From Pectobacterium phage My1: a DNA stretch of 32,000 nucleotides. Made by a program: the position numbers and the translations under genes. The stretch lies in the sequence record JX195166.1. One strand, written 5' to 3'. Shown here one piece after another: positions 8,556-16,522 of this stretch. How positions within the stretch are numbered: the stretch's first letter is position 1; each line of letters starts with the position of its first letter. Under the pieces are notes generated by a model. That model was not told where the DNA came from. It made no database searches and saw only the letters and a list, made by a program, of their open reading frames with translations.

Positions 8556-8927
8556 CTAGCCATTACGAGCGCCTAGAGCGTGAACCGTACCCTTGTTTAC
8601 ATACATACTTTCCGTTCGTAGATTCTCAAACATGTCAAGTATTTGATCTTCCTGAACACAAACACATTCCCCTAACATATGGATGTGTGCCGTGCCGTGG
8701 TCTGCAAACTGATTTAACACGCTGTTAATAACTGCAACATTTACAACGTATGTTTCCCCAGCATAGCAGACTTTGATATGTTGGCAAGGGTAGGCGATAG
8801 CCATAGATAGCGCACGACCTAACAGGGGTACGGGAACCATGTTAATGAAGTCATCGCCAGCGTATACACTAACGGGGCGTGGTACAGGTTTAGGTAAGCT
8901 ATTGATAGATAGCATGGTTAGCTCCAT
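8556..8927 (-). CDS. hypothetical protein
   Basis: ORF overlapping the upstream gene end. Confidence 0.6.
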   Translation of the reverse strand: MELTMLSINSLPKPVPRPVSVYAGDDFINMVPVPLLGRALSMAIAYPCQHIKVCYAGETYVVNVAVINSVLNQFADHGTAHIHMLGECVCVQEDQILDMFENLRTESMYVNKGTVHALGARNG

Positions 8928-9436
8928 ACGATTTGGGTTACGCTACCATATGGGGCGCTAGGGATGTCGGAAATAGCAGCCTGTATAAAGCCGTCCACCA
9001 GCTTAATATTTTCCTTGCTATCGCCTGCCATAGCAAACCCTAACGCCTGCGTGTCAATGGTTAAAGTAACCCCGTCTAGTGTAGCAATGCCAGCCTCAAT
9101 AAGCACGTCAAGCAATGCCGCCTCATCGCCACCGCCTGCCGTGTACCCCATATGATAGCGTGGGTCAAAGTGGTAGGCTACGCCGCACACATTTTCGTTA
9201 GGTATCCATTCGCCGGTTTCTTCATCTTCTTCCCCGTCATAACCCCAGCTACTAGCGTGCTCCATAGCTAACTCGTGGAGGTCACGCAAAATGTCAGAAC
9301 CTTCAAGGTAGTAGGTAAGCTCTGTGGAGTCGGAACCACAATAACCAGTACATAGGCTTTGCAAAACTATAACCGTATGTGTGGGGGTGTCCTCAATACA
9401 AACAGAACGTTCAGCATCTTTATAAGATAAACCCAT
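8918..9436 (-). CDS. hypothetical acidic protein
   Basis: ORF started at MGLSYKDAER with GAGG upstream. Confidence 0.65.
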   Translation of the reverse strand: MGLSYKDAERSVCIEDTPTHTVIVLQSLCTGYCGSDSTELTYYLEGSDILRDLHELAMEHASSWGYDGEEDEETGEWIPNENVCGVAYHFDPRYHMGYTAGGGDEAALLDVLIEAGIATLDGVTLTIDTQALGFAMAGDSKENIKLVDGFIQAAISDIPSAPYGSVTQIVWS

Positions 9437-9449
9437 TGTAAACCTCACT

Positions 9450-9462
9450 TTATTAAAGAGCG
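9450..9462 (-). promoter_or_regulatory. boxA-like element CGCTCTTTAATAA
   Basis: One mismatch to CGCTCTTTAACAA, in the leader of 8918-9436. Confidence 0.35.
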
Positions 9463-9469
9463 GATAAGA

Positions 9470-9490
9470 AAAAAGCCCCAATTAGGGGCT
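9470..9490 (-). terminator. Terminator-like hairpin AAAGCCCC-TAATT-GGGGCTTTTTC
   Basis: Perfect stem plus T-run on the minus strand. Confidence 0.75.
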
Positions 9491-9524
9491 TTAGTGTATC
9501 ACAGCTAGACTACGCTATGCAAGA

Positions 9525-10487
9525 TTATTCTTCACCGCCAGAAAGCGCTTTCAGCTTGTCAGCGCCTACGCTGTTAATAGCTTCATTGATCATGCCTTCG
9601 ATATCGAAAGACTGAATGATTTCGAGTGCCGCCGCCTGCATTGCTGCGTCAGACAGCACGACCGCCGCGCGATTGCTGGAAGCGTACTGCGATACGGCGA
9701 ACGCAAACAGGTTAGCGATAACCGCTTTACCTACAGGCGTATCGATGTAGCCCTTAATCACGAAAGGTGAACGGTTTTTAACCAGTGTAGTTACCTGATT
9801 CAGAACAACACGGCCAGCTTCCAGTTTAGCAGCGGTGATAGCAGCGGTTTTGTTTGCAGATACGATAGCGGTTACTTTAGACATAGTTTGATTTCCTGTT
9901 TCAGTTTGATTAGCGCCAGTAGTGGCGGTGGTGGTAGTTTGCGCCTGAGCGGTTACAGTGTCAAGCGTTAATTTCAAATCAATTTCAGTATTATCTTGTC
10001 CAGAAGAATTACGGGTAAGACTGTATGCCTTTTCACCCTTGTATACCAGTACATGCATAGAACCTGATACGCCAGACAATGCACAATCTTGGAATTGCGA
10101 GGTAGTATAAACACCGGCTTCACCGTCGCGGGTACTTGAGATTTCTAGCTTGCTACCAGTATTGCGAATAATGATAGCGTCGTGCTTGTTGCCGCTATCA
10201 TACGGCTTTATCAGCCAGCTTGACTCACTATAGGCGTACACGGCGCTACCTTCACCAAATGTGTACGCTAGGGCTAACAGTACATCAGCATATCCGCCGT
10301 CACTGTAGACGGTGCGCAATTCTTCACTAGAGCGCAACATATCACTAAGTAGTGTACCGTTGCGTGCGGTTTCAGTGTTACGGTATTCGCGGGACGAACT
10401 AACGTCACCACGTAACAGATTAGTCACCGCACGCTTACCAACGGAACCGCCAGCGATATCATTTTCATAGACTCTTAACTTAGCCAT
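9525..10487 (-). CDS. hypothetical protein, possible nested in-frame C-terminal product
   Basis: 320-aa ORF; internal ATG (MSKVTAIVSANK) has AGGAAAT upstream and follows a TTTTATTG-rich linker. Confidence 0.65.
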   Translation of the reverse strand: MAKLRVYENDIAGGSVGKRAVTNLLRGDVSSSREYRNTETARNGTLLSDMLRSSEELRTVYSDGGYADVLLALAYTFGEGSAVYAYSESSWLIKPYDSGNKHDAIIIRNTGSKLEISSTRDGEAGVYTTSQFQDCALSGVSGSMHVLVYKGEKAYSLTRNSSGQDNTEIDLKLTLDTVTAQAQTTTTATTGANQTETGNQTMSKVTAIVSANKTAAITAAKLEAGRVVLNQVTTLVKNRSPFVIKGYIDTPVGKAVIANLFAFAVSQYASSNRAAVVLSDAAMQAAALEIIQSFDIEGMINEAINSVGADKLKALSGGEE

Positions 10488-10509
10488 TTTTTGATTACCT
10501 TGTGTTGTT

Positions 10510-10560
10510 TGGGAGTCGCTATATTATTCGTACCAAATCACGAATGCAACTAGTTTTTTA
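10510..10560 (-). promoter_or_regulatory. sigma70-like promoter for 9525-10487
   Basis: TTGCAT-17 nt-TAATAT on the minus strand; spacer region contains the TTCGT-N8-ACGAA inverted repeat. Confidence 0.55.
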
Positions 10561-10599
10561 TATTGGTTATGGTATGATGTAGTCCTACTAACTGAGGAG

Positions 10600-10971
10600 G
10601 TGTCTAGCATGAAACGTTCAATTCTTGCAATAACCCTAGCGTTATCAACGTGTTCCGGCTTCCAGCCTGCATATGCTGGGGTAGATGGAATATCTGTAGT
10701 GTTTGAGTGTGAAGGTAAATCAAACGTTATGACAATCACCAAACACGGTAACATGTTTATGGACGGTGACGGGGAAATTGTTATACCTAACTCCCCTGTA
10801 GGGTCTACCCTGAAACAGATAGACGGGGGAATAACCCTAGCTGTAGTAGGCGATGGGTATCGCACCGTAGGGATAACGTTCAAGGCAGGCCGTAGCATGG
10901 TGTTACTGAATGATGATGGTGACGCTAAAGTATGTGTTATGAGAAAATTCCTTACAGGGGTTGACAAATGA
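10600..10971 (+). CDS. secreted/periplasmic small protein
   Basis: Start MSSMKRSILA or MKRSILAITLALSTCSGFQPAYAG with a signal peptide and GAGG RBS; first gene of the only plus-strand cassette. Confidence 0.65.
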   Translation: MSSMKRSILAITLALSTCSGFQPAYAGVDGISVVFECEGKSNVMTITKHGNMFMDGDGEIVIPNSPVGSTLKQIDGGITLAVVGDGYRTVGITFKAGRSMVLLNDDGDAKVCVMRKFLTGVDK

Positions 10972-11192
10972 AAACTTTATGTGACCACGTTGTAAGGGTA
11001 GAGAATAGGGAAGAAGCGTTTATGGCGGCATGTACCATGCTGGCTAAGATTACTCTCAGGGGTAATAAAGGTGAAGCTGAATGGCATTGGTCTTTTGACC
11101 TTGAGCGGCATGATCAATTTCCCTGCATCATCACATATTGCGCTAAGGGTTTAGGTCACGTAGACGAAAAACTCATATTTAACAAGGTGTAA
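10968..11192 (+). CDS. hypothetical protein
   Basis: ATGA overlap with the preceding ORF. Confidence 0.6.
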   Translation: MKTLCDHVVRVENREEAFMAACTMLAKITLRGNKGEAEWHWSFDLERHDQFPCIITYCAKGLGHVDEKLIFNKV

Positions 11193-11196
11193 TGAT

Positions 11197-11295
11197 ATGT
11201 CTACCAGTGAAGCTATTGTGCTAGGATTGGTTACTGTGGTTTGCTGTGTTGGCGGGGTAGCGTTCTTCATTTACGGCATGGTATTACAGGGGTAA
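11197..11295 (+). CDS. 32-aa membrane microprotein MSTSEAIVLGLVTVVCCVGGVAFFIYGMVLQG
   Basis: Hand translation; single TM segment. Confidence 0.55.
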   Translation: MSTSEAIVLGLVTVVCCVGGVAFFIYGMVLQG

Positions 11296-11297
11296 AC

Positions 11298-11432
11298 ATG
11301 AAAATATCCATCTATAGAATCATCGGGGCTGTGGTGTTAGGTTGTCTAGTGGCTGTGGGCGTGTTTCTAGGGGTATTAGCTTTCGTGGTATGCCTCAGTC
11401 TGATAGACGCAGGTATAAGGAGTATGTTTTGA
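11298..11432 (+). CDS. 44-aa membrane microprotein (MKISIYRIIGAVVLGC...)
   Basis: Start 2 nt after the previous stop; hydrophobic. Confidence 0.6.
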   Translation: MKISIYRIIGAVVLGCLVAVGVFLGVLAFVVCLSLIDAGIRSMF

Positions 11433-11545
11433 AAAAACTTAAACAGCTTATTGATTATTGGGGGTATCCTACGTTTAGTATATTTGTACTAGTATGGGTA
11501 GTAGGAATAAGCAGCATAGTAGCAAACATAAGGGGCATGTTTTGA
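11429..11545 (+). CDS. 38-aa membrane microprotein with TTG start
   Basis: AAGGAG followed by an ATGTTTTGA junction. Confidence 0.5.
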   Translation: MKKLKQLIDYWGYPTFSIFVLVWVVGISSIVANIRGMF

Positions 11546-11667
11546 AACACTGGCTAGAAGTTGTTACTACCATATCGGGGTTTATGGCACTGGGTATAGT
11601 GTGTGCATCGATATCAGTAGGGGCGCTTATTTTTATTGTTATAAGTATGTTAAAGCTAATAGCTTAA
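11542..11667 (+). CDS. 41-aa membrane microprotein with TTG start
   Basis: Second ATGTTTTGA junction; one hydrophobic segment. Confidence 0.5.
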   Translation: MKHWLEVVTTISGFMALGIVCASISVGALIFIVISMLKLIA

Positions 11668-11670
11668 GTT

Positions 11671-11693
11671 AACCCGCTCAGGCGGGTTTTCTT
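11671..11693 (+). terminator. Rho-independent terminator of the plus-strand cassette
   Basis: AACCCGC-TCAG-GCGGGTTTTCTTTT. Confidence 0.8.
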
Positions 11694-11804
11694 TTGGCCT
11701 TACCTGCGTAACCCTACACTTTAGTATGCCCAATTAATTTAAACCTCACCACGGGCTTCCTAGAGCGTTTAAACGGTACTTTAGGACAACATGCTACCAG
11801 AAAC

Positions 11805-11824
11805 TACTGTATATTTATCCAGTA
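11805..11824. promoter_or_regulatory. LexA-box-like TACTGTATATTTATCCAGTA
   Basis: 18/20 match to TACTGTATATATATACAGTA; keeps CTG-N10-CAG. Confidence 0.45.
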
Positions 11825-11905
11825 GGATAACCTGTTGATAAGTCTGTTGATAACTCGATACAGACTGTTTAATGCGTCAAGCTAATTTACAATTCTGTAT
11901 AAGTC

Positions 11906-11914
11906 TGTGGATAA
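11906..11914 (-). promoter_or_regulatory. DnaA box TTATCCACA (reverse strand)
   Basis: TGTGGATAA on plus; weaker TGTTGATAA copies at 11833 and 11845. Confidence 0.55.
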
Positions 11915-12034
11915 AAATTTTAGTAGAATTTTATACGTCAAGCATTATTTTCATTACTGTACAAACATACATACCGCTAAAACGCTCTCAAACGCTCTGT
12001 ACGGCGTTCTGTAGCTAGGCTGTACCCTAGTTCA

Positions 12035-12067
12035 AAAACAAATAGATCTCGATTTAGCACTTTTTGC
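12035..12067. repeat. 33-nt repeat, copy 2
   Basis: Exact match to 7532-7564. Confidence 0.9.
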
Positions 12068-12088
12068 TAAGACAGTAAATTATTTTTG

Positions 12089-12152
12089 TGATTCCACAAG
12101 AAAGCGCTTGACTATTTAGATTATTTATGATTCCACAAGAAAGCGCTTGACT
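12089..12152. repeat. Tandem 25-nt repeat TGATTCCACAAGAAAGCGCTTGACT x2
   Basis: Exact copies at 12089-12113 and 12128-12152, period 39. Confidence 0.9.
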
Positions 12153-12186
12153 TGCCCTGCGGGGCATGATAAGCGCGGCTTTAGTG

Positions 12187-12339
12187 AATGCGAATCGTTC
12201 TCATTCGCATTCCACTTTCTAAATGAGAATGACTATCATTCGTATTCCACTTTCTAAATGAGAATCATTACCGTTTGTAAATGCGAATGATTCTCATTCG
12301 TTTTCAACTTTCTAAATGAGAATGCTTATCATTCTCATT
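12187..12339. repeat. Array of five Fur-box-like sites
   Basis: Starts at 12187, 12222, 12257, 12280, 12315; 2-4 mismatches each to the 15-bp TGATAATNATTATCA. Confidence 0.6.
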
Positions 12340-12356
12340 CGTATTCGCGTATACAT

Positions 12357-12502
12357 GTGCAAATCCGACATATGTGCAAATCCGACAGTTTTCAGAAGCA
12401 GTGGAAATCCGATAATAGTGCAAATCCGACAGTTTCCATGAATAGTGCAAATCCGATGATAAAATTTGAGGCTCCGGTCTCAGGACGTAGTGAAAATCCG
12501 AC
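12357..12502 (+). repeat. GTGCAAATCCGAC repeat cluster (6 copies)
   Basis: Copies at 12357, 12374, 12401, 12418, 12445, 12490. Confidence 0.9.
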
Positions 12503-13100
12503 AGTATTTTCAAGAGAATACTAAGAACTCTAGCAGTCTTGAGCTGCGCTCAAAGCCTGTGTTATTTACTAGAATATTGCTAGGGTTATGAGCTGGTGGG
12601 CAAGGTATTTTCAAGAATATTTAGTTGACTTTTGAGTGAGGGTATGTGAATATATTGCTAGAGATAGTGGAAGGGAGGCGATGTGTGGGAGTTTGGGAGG
12701 TAGTCTTGAGGGTGCAGAATTCTCTTCGGGGTGAAGAAGATTCTGCGGGTTTATGGGAGAAAATTGTAGATTGGGGGAGATTGGTTGAGTTAATGAAATA
12801 TTATTCGCTTTTTGGGGGCAAAAGGATTGACAAATGAAAAAGTTCGGGGGGCGGAAAAACACACTTACGCTTGAGGTCTACGATAGTCTTTAAAGTCTGC
12901 AAGCATCCTGTTTATATTATAAAGTTGAAAATTCCTAGATGCCGTAATGAGATTTATAAAATAATTTTGTAGTATTCTGAAAAATGTCTGTCTGAAAATA
13001 ATGGTCTAGGGAATAACCGCCCTCCCCCTAAACCGCCCTGTCTGTGTGATATAGAATTCTATATAATTTGGGAATATTGATCTATAATTCTATATCAGTA

Positions 13101-13297
13101 GTGCAAATCCGACCATATTTTACCTACAAAAACGCCCCAAATGTTGTATGATTATATACAAAAACGCCCCAACTGCCGTACGGCAATCAGGGCGAGTCTT
13201 TGGTTAAACATCTTATTAGCTAGAGTATAAGTGGATATCCGATAAATATGAACTACAGTGCAAATCCGATAAATATAAACTACAGTGCAAATCCGAT
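13101..13297 (+). repeat. GTGCAAATCCGA[CT] repeat cluster (4 copies)
   Basis: Copies at 13101, 13231, 13258, 13285; also TACAAAAACGCCCCAA twice within 13120-13175. Confidence 0.85.
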
Positions 13298-13569
13298 GAT
13301 AGTATTTCTGCTAGGAATTTCCCACCAGCCGAACGAGGTACCAGGTGAAGTTTCTCGTCTGTAACTCTATCATTAATCCCTAGTTATCTACTTACAATCT
13401 CTTGGTTTTTACAGTACTTAAGTCCGTTAATTGTCCATTGATTTTTAGTAGTTTTATAAAGAATATAGGTTCCCCCTATGTTTATGTAGAGTTAATGCGG
13501 GGGTATCCCGGCTGCGCACCAAAATTGAAAGTTACTTGGACAGATTTTTCAGATTTTGGTCGGGACCCC

Positions 13570-13605
13570 CGCAAACAACATTTAAATGTTGTTTTCTCTT
13601 TTATT
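13570..13605. terminator. Bidirectional terminator-like palindrome AAACAACATTTAAATGTTGTTT
   Basis: Perfect inverted repeat followed by TCTCTTTT. Confidence 0.6.
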
Positions 13606-13662
13606 ATTTTAACAGACAACTAAAAATTTGTCAACGACATTTTGATATTCCAGTTGAACATT

Positions 13663-14970
13663 TTAAATGTCTAGGTTCGCCACATTTAAAAACACGCCAA
13701 TACGCGCAGCACATATGTACTCTATAAGAAAGTTCTTAGTTACCCTAGTAGGGGATATTGTACCTGAAACCCTAGGTAAGTTGTCTCTGTATATAGTATC
13801 AAAAAGATCTATGCCATCGAATACATAATCTTGCGCAATTTTGGCGAGGTCTTCATCCCTATAGGAGGCAACGTATCTAATTGCTTCTTGATACTCTTGA
13901 AGAGGTTTGCCTTGTCTTATTCTCTGATACATCTGTAACAGCTCAAAGCACGCAAGTGCAAACATCTCATTCTTATCTACTGGCTTGGAAGAGTAGGGTG
14001 TATCTGTTCTAGGGATAACAGGGAAGATTTCTCCCTTCTTAGGGTTTGGAGATTGCGGGTACCAATTTATAGGACAGTCCACCTCAACCCTAGCCTTGTT
14101 GACCAGTTGGTTCCTAACTAATTTCCCTAGAGCTTCTATCCTCTTTGCTTTAGGGTGTAGTACCCACCCTACAGGATTGTCCCCTGATAAGGAGAGAGAA
14201 CCATTACCTTTTTTGTGAACTGTAACAGGTTCACACACTAGCTGTGCTACGTACTTCTGTTCTTCCGTTAACTCTGAGTACTTACTCACAGTTTCTATTA
14301 AGAACCCTACGTCCACTTCAAAGTCTAGGTGTACTTCCCCTTGCTGTATTAATTCTTTAATACCTAGAGTTTCAGGGTTGAGGTTTCTTTGTGGATGGAA
14401 CTCTGGCTCAAAACTTAGGAACTTGTCTGTTGCACCTATCCCCCTTTGAGAGTATGTTCTGGCAGGTCTACCCTTACACGTTCTAGGAGATCTGTAGTAT
14501 TGCACACCTTTCAAGTAGGAGAATGTGGCCTCTCTATAGGGGTCTTTACTGACTAGATTGCCTGTAGATACTTCATGAACGTCTAGTGGTTCATCCTCCC
14601 ATATAACTATACTTTTTAGTAGCGCAGCTTCTGGTACCTCACCATTACGTTCACAGTTTAGAAATCCAAAGAACGTGTTATTAGTCATTCTTAGTACTCT
14701 AGGATAGGCTGCGGTTTCATTAGTGTACCCAACATGAGTACCAGTATCTGGGTCAGTACAAGACCTTGCTAATACAAGGTCTGCCAACTGTTTCTGTCTG
14801 AAAGACATATCAGATACTTTATAAGGGAGATCTAGAATCTCTTTCACTATAGCTATGGAATCCTTTTTACTTAGTCTCTCCTCTGTATCTGCCATATAAA
14901 ACCTTTTAGGGTCTTTCTCTCTTTCTCTCTTTTCCTGTGCAGCCTTAATGATGCTGAATCTATTGCCCAT
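13663..14970 (-). CDS. hypothetical protein, 435 aa, distal gene of the early region
   Basis: Long ORF adjoining the repeat region; no family recognised by eye. Confidence 0.8.
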   Translation of the reverse strand: MGNRFSIIKAAQEKREREKDPKRFYMADTEERLSKKDSIAIVKEILDLPYKVSDMSFRQKQLADLVLARSCTDPDTGTHVGYTNETAAYPRVLRMTNNTFFGFLNCERNGEVPEAALLKSIVIWEDEPLDVHEVSTGNLVSKDPYREATFSYLKGVQYYRSPRTCKGRPARTYSQRGIGATDKFLSFEPEFHPQRNLNPETLGIKELIQQGEVHLDFEVDVGFLIETVSKYSELTEEQKYVAQLVCEPVTVHKKGNGSLSLSGDNPVGWVLHPKAKRIEALGKLVRNQLVNKARVEVDCPINWYPQSPNPKKGEIFPVIPRTDTPYSSKPVDKNEMFALACFELLQMYQRIRQGKPLQEYQEAIRYVASYRDEDLAKIAQDYVFDGIDLFDTIYRDNLPRVSGTISPTRVTKNFLIEYICAARIGVFLNVANLDI

Positions 14971-15266
14971 TAATAAATCTCCTCGACTTGATAGTCCCTT
15001 AACGCGAAGCTAGCGTTTGCAAGCGATTCCAGAATGTTCTTAAGAGGAATCTCATTCACTCCTAGTAAATCAGCGGCGTCTATAAGATGGGTTAAATTGC
15101 CTCCCTCTACATATGCACCTTGCCCATCAAATAGCATAATAGTCCTTACTTCTAGGGGGAGTTGTTTGCCCATAATCATGGTAGCACTACGGTCTGGATA
15201 AGACCGTAGTGTAATTGTAATAAATCCTGTTTCACTAAAGTTAATATCTTTAACTGATACCTTCAT
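14970..15266 (-). CDS. hypothetical protein
   Basis: Start MKVSVKD overlaps the upstream stop (TAATG). Confidence 0.65.
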   Translation of the reverse strand: MKVSVKDINFSETGFITITLRSYPDRSATMIMGKQLPLEVRTIMLFDGQGAYVEGGNLTHLIDAADLLGVNEIPLKNILESLANASFALRDYQVEEIY

Positions 15267-15688
15267 TATGCTGCTCCTGTAGTAGTGCAAACAACTTTCT
15301 GCAAGTATTCGATACCTGTTCCGTTCCAGTGTCCTGGGTACTTTGATGGCCATTGGAAAGGTTTAATAACTTCCTCTCTACGTGGAGGCCAAAGAAAAGG
15401 TGCAGGGTCATTGGTTAGGCTGATACCACCTGTAGGCCCTAGAAGGTATACGTCTACTAAAGTGAACCCATTGATCTTTAAGTTGTTTAAGAGAAGTTCT
15501 GTCTCTACTTTCTTAACACCAAAAATTTCAGCAGCTTCTAGAAACTTAGCATACCACTCTGAAGGCTCTACAGTACCTTCTGTATTAGTGAACTTTAGCG
15601 CTGTTCTAGCTAGAGCAAACTCATTATGAGGTACTTCGATATGAACGTAGTTGCCGATAACTGATACATGTCTTAATTCGATATTCAT
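15266..15688 (-). CDS. hypothetical protein, possible paralogue of 14970-15266
   Basis: ORF; shares a 'GG(N/I)..LT.. / AAE(I/L)(F/L)GV' type layout with its neighbour. Confidence 0.65.
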   Translation of the reverse strand: MNIELRHVSVIGNYVHIEVPHNEFALARTALKFTNTEGTVEPSEWYAKFLEAAEIFGVKKVETELLLNNLKINGFTLVDVYLLGPTGGISLTNDPAPFLWPPRREEVIKPFQWPSKYPGHWNGTGIEYLQKVVCTTTGAA

Positions 15689-16104
15689 AATTCAAACTCC
15701 TTAGTGTTTGTCTTGTTAAACCAAATGATTTTATTGCCTTCAATTCTATATTGATGCATAGAAGCTGGCACATCGAACGTGCCGTACTCAGTCTCTCTAG
15801 AGATTATCTTATGAGCACATTTAGGACAACCATGACCATTCATATGAACTCTAGCCTGTTGCTTGAAATACCCCTGATGGTCTGGACACCAGATCTCTAC
15901 TAGAAGATCTGTCCTAGTGAACTTAGTCCTAGCATAATTAAAGAACCTGCCGTGAACCTCTATAGACTTACAAATAAAAATAAAGTTGAGAGCTTGTTGT
16001 CTATGCTCAGGATCTAGAGTAAGCACCTTTCTACGATTAATAGAGCCGTCCTTCTTGGTGAACCTGTGGATAGGGAACTTTAGAGCGTCTTCAATACTAT
16101 TCAT
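15685..16104 (-). CDS. zinc-ribbon protein resembling the DNA-binding part of phage homing-type endonucleases
   Basis: FFNYARTKFTRTDLLVEIWCPDHQGYFKQQARVHMNGHGCPKCA. Confidence 0.6.
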   Translation of the reverse strand: MNSIEDALKFPIHRFTKKDGSINRRKVLTLDPEHRQQALNFIFICKSIEVHGRFFNYARTKFTRTDLLVEIWCPDHQGYFKQQARVHMNGHGCPKCAHKIISRETEYGTFDVPASMHQYRIEGNKIIWFNKTNTKEFEL

Positions 16105-16144
16105 AACATATGCCTAAAGGCCACCCGAGGGCAGCCTTCTTTGT

Positions 16145-16522
16145 TTAGTGCATTGACTTGCGGTAGTCAGGATTCTGTTGAAGTATTGCTGATTCAAGAT
16201 ATACTTGAGTCTTATCATACTCTCCAAGAATTCTCAAAGACTCTAGCAACCGTAGCTGGAAATACTTAGCGATAGTTTCTTGAACCATTGCTAGAACATC
16301 CTCGGTAGTAGTATCTGCTGTTTTACTTGCCTCGATACTAGCCAACTCATCCCTAAACCAAATAAGATCTGTTGCTTCTTCTGCTAAGTAATGCTGGGAA
16401 TCAGCTTTTGAGATCTTAACAGTGTGCTCTAGGATATCTGAGGCGTTAACCATATCGTTGTCTAATTGCAGGCTAAGAGTCTTCAGTTGGCTTACGAACG
16501 GGTTTCGATTCTTTACTGTCAT
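16145..16522 (-). CDS. hypothetical protein
   Basis: ORF started at MTVKNRN. Confidence 0.6.
   Translation of the reverse strand: MTVKNRNPFVSQLKTLSLQLDNDMVNASDILEHTVKISKADSQHYLAEEATDLIWFRDELASIEASKTADTTTEDVLAMVQETIAKYFQLRLLESLRILGEYDKTQVYLESAILQQNPDYRKSMH

Noticed and set aside
12611-12862. ORF MFFRPPNFFICQSF... on the minus strand
   Set aside because: Low-complexity translation of a skewed non-coding segment, with overlapping plus-strand ORF of similar quality and no supporting context.
12187-13297. CRISPR array
   Set aside because: Repeats are short (13-19 nt) with irregular, partly conserved spacers and no cas genes.
1-13600. Exact terminal repeat boundaries
   Set aside because: The other copy of a long terminal repeat is not in this window, so boundaries cannot be placed.
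13402-13727. Plus-strand ORFs over the terminator-like palindrome
   Set aside because: Translations run through the palindrome and early-gene end; no good ribosome-binding site or family.
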